A DNA stretch of 64,000 bases from Candidatus Gottesmanbacteria bacterium. Lineage in GTDB: Bacteria > Patescibacteriota > Microgenomatia > 2-02-FULL-39-11. This document shows, piece by piece, positions 46,761-55,836 of the stretch (its first letter is position 1; each line of letters starts with the position of its first letter). The position numbers and the translations under genes are program-made. The stretch covers positions 989,892-1,053,891 of the forward strand of contig JACPKY010000002.1 of assembly GCA_016186795.1 (NCBI GenBank), given 5' to 3'. The notes under the pieces are model-generated. The model had not been told where the DNA came from. It made no database searches and saw only the letters and a program-made list of their open reading frames with translations.

Positions 46761-47414
46761 TTACTTTCGTAAATACTGTTTTTCGAGATGGAGTGAAGGG
46801 ATCAGTTTCTTCTTTTCGGCAAGACTCAGAAGGTTTGTTATAACCACATACGAGATTGAAATCCCAGCTGCAAAAAGAGTTCTCTCCATAAGAGTTTGAG
46901 GAATAAGAGCAAGCCAGATCGTTTTTGAAAGACCAAAAGCCCACACCCAGAGGAGTCCACCAACAGCGTGTGCTGTAAATGTTGCTCCTAAGCTTCTGAC
47001 AAACAGATTTTTCCTATAAAAGTGTGCGGCAACTGGAATAAGCCACAAAAGGGAATATTGCCATGCAGATCGTCCAATTGGATGAAGATTAAATCCGGCA
47101 ATTGCAACAAGAGGGATTAAAATGTTCACGGAGCGCTTTTTGGAAAAATAAAATACAGCAAAGAGAACGGGAAATAGTCGAATGATGCTACCAAGAGTAA
47201 TACTTTGTGACCCGTGGAGGAAAATATTTATTATTTGGGTCAGAAATACGGCAACAATTCCCGGGGTTGTACCAGTGAACGCACCAATTGATGGGGCAAG
47301 GAAGTCATAGAGGGTGAAATTGACGCTTGCTCCAAGGAGCTGTGTGAAAGGAATTTGAAGCGCAATAAGCCCAAGGATACTAAAAGCAGCAATAAAAATG
47401 AGATTTTTCTTCAT
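46761..47414 (-). CDS. Hypothetical polytopic membrane protein
   Basis: 217 aa with about 6 TM segments. Confidence 0.3.
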   Translation of the reverse strand: MKKNLIFIAAFSILGLIALQIPFTQLLGASVNFTLYDFLAPSIGAFTGTTPGIVAVFLTQIINIFLHGSQSITLGSIIRLFPVLFAVFYFSKKRSVNILIPLVAIAGFNLHPIGRSAWQYSLLWLIPVAAHFYRKNLFVRSLGATFTAHAVGGLLWVWAFGLSKTIWLALIPQTLMERTLFAAGISISYVVITNLLSLAEKKKLIPSLHLEKQYLRK

Positions 47415-47444
47415 ACAATTATTGTACCATTCCTTAGCTTCAAA

Positions 47445-48200
47445 TCAAGATGACGAACCAGATCCTACTGTATCGGCAAGTCCCGGTCTCCAGCCGCCGG
47501 AAACTTCTAGATTTGCTCCATTGATATAGCCCGATTCTTCTTTCAAAAGAAAATTGATTGCATTGATAATATCTTCAAACTGGGCATATTTCCCTGTTGG
47601 GGTTTTTGCTTTGGCGACACTTGTTTTTAAAATTCCCGGCGAAATACTATTAATTGTGATTCCATATTTAGCGTATTCGAAAGCCAAGACTTTGGTAAGG
47701 AGAATTACTCCAGTTTTCGCAATATAGTAGGGAGTCGTATTTTTCCGGACAGTCAAAGTATCTGCGGCAACGCAACCGAAATTGATTATTCGCCCCCAGT
47801 TTTTCTTCATCATTGAAGGAAGAGCTTTCTGGCAGCAAAGAAATGAAGAGTAGAGGTTACTTTCAATAACATCCTGGAATTTTTCAAATGTGGTTGTCGT
47901 GATAGGTTCAAAGATAAAGTTACCGACAAGATTTACGAGAATATCAATTCCCCCCTTTTCCTTTTCAATGGTTTGGAAAAGATGGTTAATCTCATTTTTC
48001 TTTGTTACATCAGCCTGAACAAGGAAGCCCGAAGAGTATTTTTTAACCTCTTTTAGAGTTTCAAAAGATGCACTTTCGCTTTTGTGGCAGTTAATAAAGA
48101 CGGTTACACCTTGTCTCGCAAGGTTAACGGCAATTGCTCGTCCCAGATTCTTTGCAGAACCTGTGATAAGAGCGGTTTTTTCTCTTAAAACTTGTGGCAT
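47445..48200 (-). CDS. SDR-family oxidoreductase (start at the second Met)
   Basis: ALITGSAKNLGRAIA, and a YxxxK region. Confidence 0.7.
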   Translation of the reverse strand: MPQVLREKTALITGSAKNLGRAIAVNLARQGVTVFINCHKSESASFETLKEVKKYSSGFLVQADVTKKNEINHLFQTIEKEKGGIDILVNLVGNFIFEPITTTTFEKFQDVIESNLYSSFLCCQKALPSMMKKNWGRIINFGCVAADTLTVRKNTTPYYIAKTGVILLTKVLAFEYAKYGITINSISPGILKTSVAKAKTPTGKYAQFEDIINAINFLLKEESGYINGANLEVSGGWRPGLADTVGSGSSS

Positions 48201-48253
48201 ATCAAAAATACTCAAACAATCCTCAGTTTTTTGGGTATAATGCAGTGGCAATG

Positions 48254-49609
48254 ATAGATTCATTTCCTGCCGCAGTCAAGTTTCTAGAAAATTATATTCC
48301 AGATCCAACAAAAAAATTCCCGGGAGAGCTGGGGTTACTCCGGATGAGGACACTGATGGAATTTTTAGGAAACCCCCAAGATTCGTACCCCACCATTCAT
48401 GTCGGAGGAACATCAGGAAAGGGCTCTGCAGCAACTCTTATTGCCTCAATACTCTCACAGAAGTATATCGTGGGACTTCATACCTCGCCGCATTTGGTGA
48501 GTATTAGAGAGAGGATCAAAATCTTTTCAAAAAATAAACAACAGGTAACAGATAACAATAAAAATAATATATCTGAGGAAAAGTTTGTTCATATCTTACA
48601 GGAAGTTATTTCTGCAATACAGAAGTTGGAGAAGAGTGAATTGGGAAAACCTAGTTACTTTGAGGTTGTGACTGCGATGGCATTTTTGGCCTTTCAAAGA
48701 GAAGAGATGGATATGGCAGTTATCGAGGTGGGAATGGGAGGCAAATTCGATGCGACTAATGTAGTAAAAAAACCTCTCGTTGCCGTTTTAACAAACATAG
48801 GACTTGACCATACTGAAGTTTTAGGAGATACGGTGGAAAAGATTGCGGTCGATAAGTCTGGAATCATCAAATCCGCAGTTGAAGTAGTGTCAGGAGTGAC
48901 TCAGCCATCAGTTATTAAGATTATTGAAACGTCCTGCAGAGAAAAAGGGGCACATTTATCACTTTTGGGAAGAGATTTTTCGTACTCTTTGCAATCTATC
49001 AGTGAGGGGGGGAGTGTATTTGATTATCAAGGGAAACATTCATATGCGAATTTGAATCTTACTTTACAAGGAAGTTATCAAATTGAAAATGCAGCAATTG
49101 GCATCAGATGTATTGAAGTCCTTCCTGAAAAATTCTCACTTTCTGAATCACAGATAAGAAATGGATTAAAAAACGCAACAATTGCAGGTAGATTTGAGAT
49201 TCTTTCTAAAAAACCTCTTATTATTCTTGATGGGGCACATAATGAAGATAAAATAAGAGCATTGATGTCTTCTCTTCGAACTATGTATCCGAAAAAAACT
49301 ATTACAACTCTTCTTGCAATTAAAAATGATAAAAGACAAGAAGCAATGTTACGAGTACTTCTTTTGTATTGTAAAAAAATTATTCTCACAAAATTTTCTC
49401 TTACAACAGATATGGGGGAAACTCTTTCATTCCCCCCTGAAGAGTTGAAAAAAACAATTCTTACTATCGATCCAACTGCAGAAGTTCAAGTCCTTCCCGA
49501 TGTCTCTATTGCCTTGCAACAGGCTAAGCGAGAAATAAAAAGAGATTTGCTTCTTATTACCGGTTCGTTATACTTGGTGGGAGAAGTGAAGAAAGTATTA
49601 AGTATCTAG
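48254..49609 (+). CDS. folC: Folylpolyglutamate synthase / dihydrofolate synthase (Mur ligase family)
   Basis: P-loop HVGGTSGKGS. Mur ligase middle and C-terminal domains. An in-frame low-complexity tract KNKQQVTDNNKNN. Confidence 0.7.
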   Translation: MDSFPAAVKFLENYIPDPTKKFPGELGLLRMRTLMEFLGNPQDSYPTIHVGGTSGKGSAATLIASILSQKYIVGLHTSPHLVSIRERIKIFSKNKQQVTDNNKNNISEEKFVHILQEVISAIQKLEKSELGKPSYFEVVTAMAFLAFQREEMDMAVIEVGMGGKFDATNVVKKPLVAVLTNIGLDHTEVLGDTVEKIAVDKSGIIKSAVEVVSGVTQPSVIKIIETSCREKGAHLSLLGRDFSYSLQSISEGGSVFDYQGKHSYANLNLTLQGSYQIENAAIGIRCIEVLPEKFSLSESQIRNGLKNATIAGRFEILSKKPLIILDGAHNEDKIRALMSSLRTMYPKKTITTLLAIKNDKRQEAMLRVLLLYCKKIILTKFSLTTDMGETLSFPPEELKKTILTIDPTAEVQVLPDVSIALQQAKREIKRDLLLITGSLYLVGEVKKVLSI

Positions 49610-49624
49610 TATAAATAAGAAAGT

Positions 49625-49960
49625 ATGAAAAAAAACGGTAAATCTTCTGCTATGCAATCAGTAGGAGATATATTGACTAAATTCAATCCTCTCGAGGATA
49701 AGTACATTTCTCGGGAATTCCAAGCTTATGGATATTATTTAGCGGAATCACTCAATGATCTTAAGCATAGGGGAATCTACATGAAACTTGCCAAAACCAT
49801 GCCTCGAGCCCTTTTGGAAAAAGCACTATCATATGTAAAGGACGCCAAAGTAAAGAGGAAGGGCGCACTTTTTATGTGGAAACTGAAAGAGCTTGGAGCA
49901 TGGCCGAAAAAGGAAAAAGTTGAACAGAAACGGAAAAAGATGAAAGATATTCCTTTTTAA
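49625..49960 (+). CDS. Hypothetical protein
   Basis: 111 aa, basic. Confidence 0.25.
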   Translation: MKKNGKSSAMQSVGDILTKFNPLEDKYISREFQAYGYYLAESLNDLKHRGIYMKLAKTMPRALLEKALSYVKDAKVKRKGALFMWKLKELGAWPKKEKVEQKRKKMKDIPF

Positions 49961-50886
49961 GAAACAACGTTTTTTGGTTTTTCCGCTATAAATGCTTTGA
50001 TATTCTCAACAACTCCATCACAGAGTCTTTTGTATGATTCCCGCGTGTTATAGGCAATGTGAGGAGTTGCAACGACATTGGACATTTTTAAGAGAGGATT
50101 TCCGGCAGGGAGAGGCTCCTTCTCAAACACGTCAAGACCTGCACCTGCCAGATGTCCATTCTGGAGATATTTGATGAGGGCTTTTTCACTAATGACTTTC
50201 CCTCGAGATGTATTGATAATGACGGTTCCTTTTTGTGTGAGAGAAAGCTCTTTCTCACTCAAAAGATGAAATGTTTTTGGAGTTAAGGGAGTGTTAACCG
50301 AAATGATTTCACTTTTTCTGAGAAGTTTATGAAATTCCTCTTTCGATGATGTGGAGTTGATAGAGAAAACATTCATGCCACATACTTTGGCGAGTTCTTC
50401 AATACGACTCCCAATATGACCGCGGCCAATAATTCCGAGTGTTTTTCCTTTTAACTCAAATCCCTGAAGAGACTTCTCTTTTGGGTTAAAAATACCGCTT
50501 TGGATCTGTTTTGATGCGTGAGGAAGTCGTCGTGCAACTGTGAGCATGAGAAGGAGAGCATGTTCGGCAACAGCTTCTGTTGAAAATGCCGGGACGTTTG
50601 AGACAAGTAATTTTCGTTTTTTGATCGCCTCCATATCCACCCAGTCTTGGTATCCAGTCATTGCCATAACCACGTATTGGAGGTGTGGAGCGTTTGCAAG
50701 TATAGTTTCTGATATATACACCCATTTACTAACAATAATTGTGGCATTGGAAACGAGTTGAAGCACTTCATCCTGTTTTGGCCAATCTGACGGAGACTGT
50801 ATAACCGATCCGAAGTGTTGTAATTGAGTAATATGTTCCTCCATAATCTTAAGATTATCCAGAAAGGCAATTATTGGTTTTTCCAT
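49957..50886 (-). CDS. D-isomer-specific 2-hydroxyacid dehydrogenase
   Basis: NAD-binding GIIGRGHIGSRI, and a catalytic His near the C-terminus. Confidence 0.8.
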   Translation of the reverse strand: MEKPIIAFLDNLKIMEEHITQLQHFGSVIQSPSDWPKQDEVLQLVSNATIIVSKWVYISETILANAPHLQYVVMAMTGYQDWVDMEAIKKRKLLVSNVPAFSTEAVAEHALLLMLTVARRLPHASKQIQSGIFNPKEKSLQGFELKGKTLGIIGRGHIGSRIEELAKVCGMNVFSINSTSSKEEFHKLLRKSEIISVNTPLTPKTFHLLSEKELSLTQKGTVIINTSRGKVISEKALIKYLQNGHLAGAGLDVFEKEPLPAGNPLLKMSNVVATPHIAYNTRESYKRLCDGVVENIKAFIAEKPKNVVS

Positions 50887-51479
50887 ATGGTATGATTATA
50901 AGAGAAATGCGAAGGAAAGCAAAAAAAATCTACCAGAAGAGAAAGCAAATTCGGCAGCGGTATCTTCGTATCGGAGTACTTCTCCTTACAATACTCACCC
51001 TTTTTCTTATCGTTGGTCGTAAAAGAGATTTCTATCAGTTTGAAAATCTTGGCTACTTGGGATTATTTCTTATTAATGTGTTCTCCAATGCAACAGTTCT
51101 TATCCCACTTCCTTCCTTCATTGCCGTATTTATCGGCGGTGCACTCTGGAATCCTTTCCTTGTTGGAGTAATCAGCGGACTAGGGAATGCTGTAGGAGAA
51201 TTGGTAGGATTTTTCTTAGGATACGGGGGTCGGGGGATTATTAACCACTTGGAGGGGAGTCAAAAAACGTGGTTCAAAAAAGTAGAAGCATGGTTTCGGA
51301 AAAGCGGCTTTGTCACGATATTTATCACCTCTGCTATTCCACTGCCTTTTTTTGATATTGTAGGAATAGTTTCTGGGACACTCAATTATCCGCTGTGGAA
51401 GTTTTTTATCGCGACCGCGTTAGGAAGAATCCTCAGAAACATTATTCTGGCCTGGTCAGGAGCGAAGATTATTCCTTAA
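50874..51479 (+). CDS. DedA/VTT-domain membrane protein
   Basis: Glycine-rich GxxxG reentrant pattern typical of DedA/TVP38. Confidence 0.4.
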   Translation: MVFPYGMIIREMRRKAKKIYQKRKQIRQRYLRIGVLLLTILTLFLIVGRKRDFYQFENLGYLGLFLINVFSNATVLIPLPSFIAVFIGGALWNPFLVGVISGLGNAVGELVGFFLGYGGRGIINHLEGSQKTWFKKVEAWFRKSGFVTIFITSAIPLPFFDIVGIVSGTLNYPLWKFFIATALGRILRNIILAWSGAKIIP

Positions 51480-51533
51480 TTTTTCTTATTTTTTTGTTCG
51501 CTCAAAGAAATAGGAAAAGAAAGAGCATCCCGA

Positions 51534-51812
51534 ATGGATAGTAAACGCGTGCATATTTTTATCAAAGGTGATGTCATAGGGGTTGGATTTAGAACATGGA
51601 CTGTAAGGAAAGCTGTGGAGTTAGGAGTAACAGGTTGGGTACGGAATAAAGATCATGAAATGGTAGAGGCTGTGTTTGAAGGGAAAAAGAAAGATGTCGA
51701 TAAAATGGTAGCGGCTTGCCGCAAAGGACCAGAGGTGTCATATGTTGAGACTCTTGTAATTCAAAACGAAGCGGTACCTTTTGAATTTTCGGATTTCCAA
51801 ATTCATTTCTAA
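51534..51812 (+). CDS. Acylphosphatase
   Basis: VxGxVQGVxFR-like IKGDVIGVGFRTWT and GWVRN motifs. 92 aa. Confidence 0.8.
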   Translation: MDSKRVHIFIKGDVIGVGFRTWTVRKAVELGVTGWVRNKDHEMVEAVFEGKKKDVDKMVAACRKGPEVSYVETLVIQNEAVPFEFSDFQIHF

Positions 51813-51856
51813 CCCTTCCCTTGCCAAACTATAATTAGTGTGCATACAATGGAAGT

Positions 51857-52507
51857 ATGCGAAAGCACGAAATTTTCCTCGTCTGGTTTGGGATATTCCT
51901 CATCTGGTCACTTTTTCGGGCGAGCTTCGTTTTTCCAGAATGGGTTGATGAACTCCTTGTAAAACCACTTGTCTTTGTTGTTCCGGTACTTATCGTTGTC
52001 CATTTCATTGAAAAGAGAGGTATTGGAAGTCTTGGGTTAGTACAAAAACCAGCTGCTTTTTTACAAGACTTGTATCTGGGAGTTGCAATCGGAGCACTTT
52101 TTGCAATTGAAGGGATGGTAGCAAACTATCTCAAGTACGGAACTGTTTCTTTTGGGCCCATTCTTGCCGTCAAACTTACCGGAGGGCTTGGGACATTTCT
52201 TGTATTGAACTTTTTTACGTCAGTGTGGGAAGAAATCCTCGGGCGCGGATACCTCTATAAACGGATGAATGAGTTTTCAAAGAATCAGTTTTGGGCGGCA
52301 GTTTCTTCTAGTTTCCTTTTCCTTCTTCTTCACATTCCCATTGTATTTACGAGACTTCATTTAACTGGTGTTGCTCTTGTTGTGTATCCGATATCAATTC
52401 TGCTTTTGGGGATTACAAATAGTTACCTTTACTCTTTCCGGAAATCTCTTACTCTTCCAATTCTTGTCCACACATTTTGGAATCTGACGGTTGCACTTTT
52501 TCTTTAA
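51857..52507 (+). CDS. CPBP-family intramembrane metalloprotease (CAAX protease-like)
   Basis: EEILGRGYL (EExxxR), FxxxH, and a terminal HTFWN. Confidence 0.65.
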   Translation: MRKHEIFLVWFGIFLIWSLFRASFVFPEWVDELLVKPLVFVVPVLIVVHFIEKRGIGSLGLVQKPAAFLQDLYLGVAIGALFAIEGMVANYLKYGTVSFGPILAVKLTGGLGTFLVLNFFTSVWEEILGRGYLYKRMNEFSKNQFWAAVSSSFLFLLLHIPIVFTRLHLTGVALVVYPISILLLGITNSYLYSFRKSLTLPILVHTFWNLTVALFL

Positions 52508-52719
52508 CCCTCTTGTGCAACATCATAGTCAAGAGTTTTGATGATGGTAATAAGTTTCTCCGGTGATATTTTTCCTTCCTCATACGTAACTGTTGTTTCT
52601 GCTTTGGCGTAATTGGTATTTGCTTCCGTTACTCCATCAGTATCTTCAAGCTCTCCATCAATATTAATGGCACAACTTGAGCAGTGCATTCCAACGATTT
52701 TCAAAGTAATCGTTTTCAT
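52504..52719 (-). CDS. copZ: Copper chaperone CopZ (HMA domain)
   Basis: GMHCSSC metal-binding motif. 71 aa. Confidence 0.8.
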   Translation of the reverse strand: MKTITLKIVGMHCSSCAINIDGELEDTDGVTEANTNYAKAETTVTYEEGKISPEKLITIIKTLDYDVAQEG

Positions 52720-53765
52720 ATCACATGAATAATCCCACTGTACATTCCCATGCTGCAGGTAAAGCGGATATCTTGAGGATTATCTGGTGCCTGAAACTGA
52801 ACGAGCTCAGTTCTTCCCTCCCGGACAATTTTTTGCACGTTCATCTTGGGTATCGTAAATGCTTGAACACATCCTGCTCCTCCTTGGTTAACTAACTTAA
52901 GAGTGACTTTTGAACTGGTAGGCACTGAGATCGATTGGGGACTATACCCGGAACTACTTATATAGATGGTATGTTCTGCTGAAGGAATCGTTTGTGACCC
53001 TTTCACATTCCCTGCTGCATACAATTTTGACCCTTCGCAGATAATAATAAATGAGCAGCTTAGTTTTGATACGAATCTATCAAGAGTCATGGTACTTCCA
53101 GAGAGGATGAGCGCTGCGTTGATATTAAATACTGCCAGAAGAAGAATAGCAAATGCGGCAAAACGCATAAATGTTTTTTGGAAAACTTCGGAAAGTTTTC
53201 CTGCAAGATAACTTAAAATGAAAAAAAGTGGTGAAGTGCCTACGATGAATGCAAACATTATGGCAGCACCAAGGAGTGGACTTCCAGAAGCAATTGCAAG
53301 AGCCATCATGGCTTGAGTTGTTCCACAGGGGATGAAAATAGTAAAAGCTCCTAAAATTGCCGGTGCAAATAAATCTCCACTTTTGGACTGATTTCTCACC
53401 ATTCTTCGTACAAATTTTGGCGGTTGGATAATAAAGTAACGAAATATGGGGTGCACGTCCAAGATATTTAAAGCAGTTCCAATCATAAATATACTAACCG
53501 CTATTTGGAGAATAACCTGTGTAGTAATGGAAAGTTGAAAGAACGATCCCAAAAGCCCAAGGAATGCTCCTAAAATCGTATAGGCAATAAGTTTGGTAGT
53601 TAAAAATGAGAGAATAGGGAGGGCGTGGCCAGACTTTTCAGCATCATTTTTTAGTTTTTCCTCAGCCCGTTGGGCAATTGTTGCCGCAAGAAGGCCTCCT
53701 TGGACTGCAAGGCATGTTAGACCTCCAGTAAAAAGACCAGTTGCAAAAACGGCAAAAAGGTTCAT
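52716..53765 (-). CDS. DsbD/CcdA-like polytopic permease fused to a C-terminal cupredoxin-like domain
   Basis: TM Cys residues (GLTCLAV, IPCGTT). C-terminal ...FTCSMGMYSGIIHVI shares the C.M.MY.G motif with the ORF at 60589-60948. Confidence 0.4.
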   Translation of the reverse strand: MNLFAVFATGLFTGGLTCLAVQGGLLAATIAQRAEEKLKNDAEKSGHALPILSFLTTKLIAYTILGAFLGLLGSFFQLSITTQVILQIAVSIFMIGTALNILDVHPIFRYFIIQPPKFVRRMVRNQSKSGDLFAPAILGAFTIFIPCGTTQAMMALAIASGSPLLGAAIMFAFIVGTSPLFFILSYLAGKLSEVFQKTFMRFAAFAILLLAVFNINAALILSGSTMTLDRFVSKLSCSFIIICEGSKLYAAGNVKGSQTIPSAEHTIYISSSGYSPQSISVPTSSKVTLKLVNQGGAGCVQAFTIPKMNVQKIVREGRTELVQFQAPDNPQDIRFTCSMGMYSGIIHVI

Positions 53766-53795
53766 AGGGTCTATTGTATCAAGAAGCTAGAAAGA

Positions 53796-54248
53796 TTAAT
53801 ACTCCCATGCATTCTGCCACATTTTCATCTGATCAATCTCACGCATTTGAGCGGAAATGATATCCTCTGCAAGTTTCTTGATCTCATCGTGCTTCGCGCT
53901 TATTTTTGCCTCTTTGGCCATATCGATTGCGCCTTGATGATGGATAATCATCGAAGAAATAAATGCGCGATCAAATTCATCTCCTGTTTTTCCCCTCATC
54001 GACCCCATCATATCGTCCATACTTGAATTCATACCCATCATGTTTTGGAAATTCTCTCCCTCGTTTTGTTTGTTCATCATTGAAGATTGTTCTTGATTTG
54101 TGAAGCGCATTCCCATCATTTGCATCATGCCGGTCATATTATTGTTCACAACACTCGTTGCCATAAACCAGACGATAATGCCGCCTAAAAGCACCCCAAT
54201 GACTCCATATACTAACGGATCTCTTTTCATTTTTTCACCTCCCTTCAT
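53796..54248 (-). CDS. DUF305 family protein with a Met-rich segment
   Basis: HHQGAIDMA motif of DUF305. MTGMMQMMGM...MMGMNSSMDDMMGSM Met-rich copper-binding-like run. Confidence 0.7.
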   Translation of the reverse strand: MKGGEKMKRDPLVYGVIGVLLGGIIVWFMATSVVNNNMTGMMQMMGMRFTNQEQSSMMNKQNEGENFQNMMGMNSSMDDMMGSMRGKTGDEFDRAFISSMIIHHQGAIDMAKEAKISAKHDEIKKLAEDIISAQMREIDQMKMWQNAWEY

Positions 54249-54315
54249 AAGAAAGTTCTATCTTATTCCTTTCCATACGATATGCTCATTCACATTCATT
54301 ATTTTATCAATGTAT

Positions 54316-54747
54316 TCATCGATTGGAAATACTTCTGATGTGGCGTACGAGGAGAAAAATTCCAAAAACATTTGAAACAATCCCAATAATGAGAATAGGC
54401 TTTTGAAACTGAATAAGAAGGGTTGAAAAGATGGCGATACCAAGGAAGGGGAGGATGTCGGTAAGGTGGTGAGCACAGCAGGCAACCATCGATACCGTCG
54501 AGGTTGTAGAGGAAAATGTCATCATTCGTTTGTTGCTGGTTCTGAGATGTTCTCTGAGATGTCTATATAACCCAACTTGGATACCGAATCCTACAATAAG
54601 TGGAATCATAAAATACCAAAGCGTCGTAAATTGGGTCCAGGAAGCATCAAAAGAACCGGTAAGAACACGCATGAGAAGAAGGTAGAATCCGAAGAGCACA
54701 GTTGCTGCTCCTATTCCTGTCAAGGTCGATACAACGTATTTTCTCAT
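54316..54747 (-). CDS. Hypothetical membrane protein with a CCAHH motif
   Basis: 143 aa with 4 TM segments and VACCAHHLTD. Confidence 0.3.
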   Translation of the reverse strand: MRKYVVSTLTGIGAATVLFGFYLLLMRVLTGSFDASWTQFTTLWYFMIPLIVGFGIQVGLYRHLREHLRTSNKRMMTFSSTTSTVSMVACCAHHLTDILPFLGIAIFSTLLIQFQKPILIIGIVSNVFGIFLLVRHIRSISNR

Positions 54748-55016
54748 TTATTCTTCAAAAGAGCGTTGTAGACAAAAGCAAATATATACCCTGTAACGTA
54801 GGCGGCAAGGGTAAACGTAATAAATCCCCACACAAAGGTGCCAATGTCAGACGGGGATTGCCTCCAGACTTTCTCTGCATCAATTCCATGCATCCATGAC
54901 GCTGCAACGCTTTTGTAAAGATCAGGCGCTATAGAAACTATGAGTGTGCAAAGAAGGTAATACCCTCCGGAAACAATGGCCAGTGCCAAAGATAGAGTTT
55001 TTTCAGGTATTTTCAT
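54744..55016 (-). CDS. Small hypothetical membrane protein (start at the internal Met; the track start overlaps the palindromic element)
   Basis: 2 TM segments. The ORF start was shortened so it does not begin inside the 19-bp inverted-repeat arm. Confidence 0.3.
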   Translation of the reverse strand: MKIPEKTLSLALAIVSGGYYLLCTLIVSIAPDLYKSVAASWMHGIDAEKVWRQSPSDIGTFVWGFITFTLAAYVTGYIFAFVYNALLKNK

Positions 55017-55032
55017 CTGTCTCACCCCCTTT

Positions 55033-55196
55033 AGAGCCTGTTTGAAAAGTCGCATTCTACTGCAAGTCTGCAGGATTTGGCTGCAAAGCGCTTATCGCTC
55101 CTAGAAGTATCCTTCGTATACTCCGTCGTCACGATGCGTGCTTTTCGCTCAAACCTGCAGCCTTTCGCGACGTATGGGACTTTTCAAACAGGCTCT
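55033..55196. repeat. 164-bp imperfect palindrome with perfect 19-bp terminal inverted repeats (MITE-like or long RNA hairpin)
   Basis: AGAGCCTGTTTGAAAAGTC at 55033-55051 and its exact reverse complement at 55178-55196. Internal halves are about 80% self-complementary (the CTGCAGGATTTGGCTGCAAAGCGC region and its mirror). Confidence 0.6.
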
Positions 55197-55353
55197 TAAT
55201 GTTTATGATCTTTCATCATAAAAATCATCATGAGCGGACAAATAAGTACAAGAGCGTATGGTGCAAGACTTGAAATACTATTTCCGCCAAAAAGAAAAGA
55301 TCCCGAGATAAATGCAAGAATAATGCCAATGATCCATAAAAAATTAGGTTTCA
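55196..55353 (-). CDS. Unannotated small membrane protein (52 aa) ending ...CPLMMIFMMKDHKH
   Basis: ATG...TAA ORF below the track's 60-aa cutoff. A single TM segment plus a Cys/His/Met tail typical of small metal-related peptides (DUF2933-like, from memory). Confidence 0.3.
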
Positions 55354-55368
55354 TACGTATCACCTCCC

Positions 55369-55836
55369 TTACAGGGAAAAAGGGAATGTTCGACGGTTTA
55401 CCCCCGCAAGATCTGAAATAATAAGACTATAGGGAAGATCACGCTTTGGGAAAAAGATCTCGGCTTTTCTGTGATGACCGCTTCCGCTTTCCGATACCGA
55501 TGTAGTTGGGAGAATCTCTCCATTTTTTTCTAAGGTTACTCCGGTTTGGAAACGAAATGCATCAAAATTCACATCGTGCGTATCCAGAGAAATTGAAAAG
55601 ACGTTTGATGAAATTGATTTTTCCGGAATAAAAATTACTGTCGCTGTAACACCCGCTTCCTCTTTTGTTTGCTCCATATTCTTTGGGAGAGTTTCTTGCA
55701 AGGTTTGGGAAGGGGAATCGGCACCCCATTTTTTCCCGCGTTCAACCGGTTTGGGATTTGCCAGTTGGTAGATTGCAATAATCCCAATCAGAATGATTAC
55801 GATTCCTAACAATTTATACACCGCAACCTCCACCAC
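55369..55836 (-). CDS. Hypothetical membrane-anchored protein
   Basis: 155 aa with an N-terminal TM segment. Confidence 0.3.
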   Translation of the reverse strand: MVEVAVYKLLGIVIILIGIIAIYQLANPKPVERGKKWGADSPSQTLQETLPKNMEQTKEEAGVTATVIFIPEKSISSNVFSISLDTHDVNFDAFRFQTGVTLEKNGEILPTTSVSESGSGHHRKAEIFFPKRDLPYSLIISDLAGVNRRTFPFSL

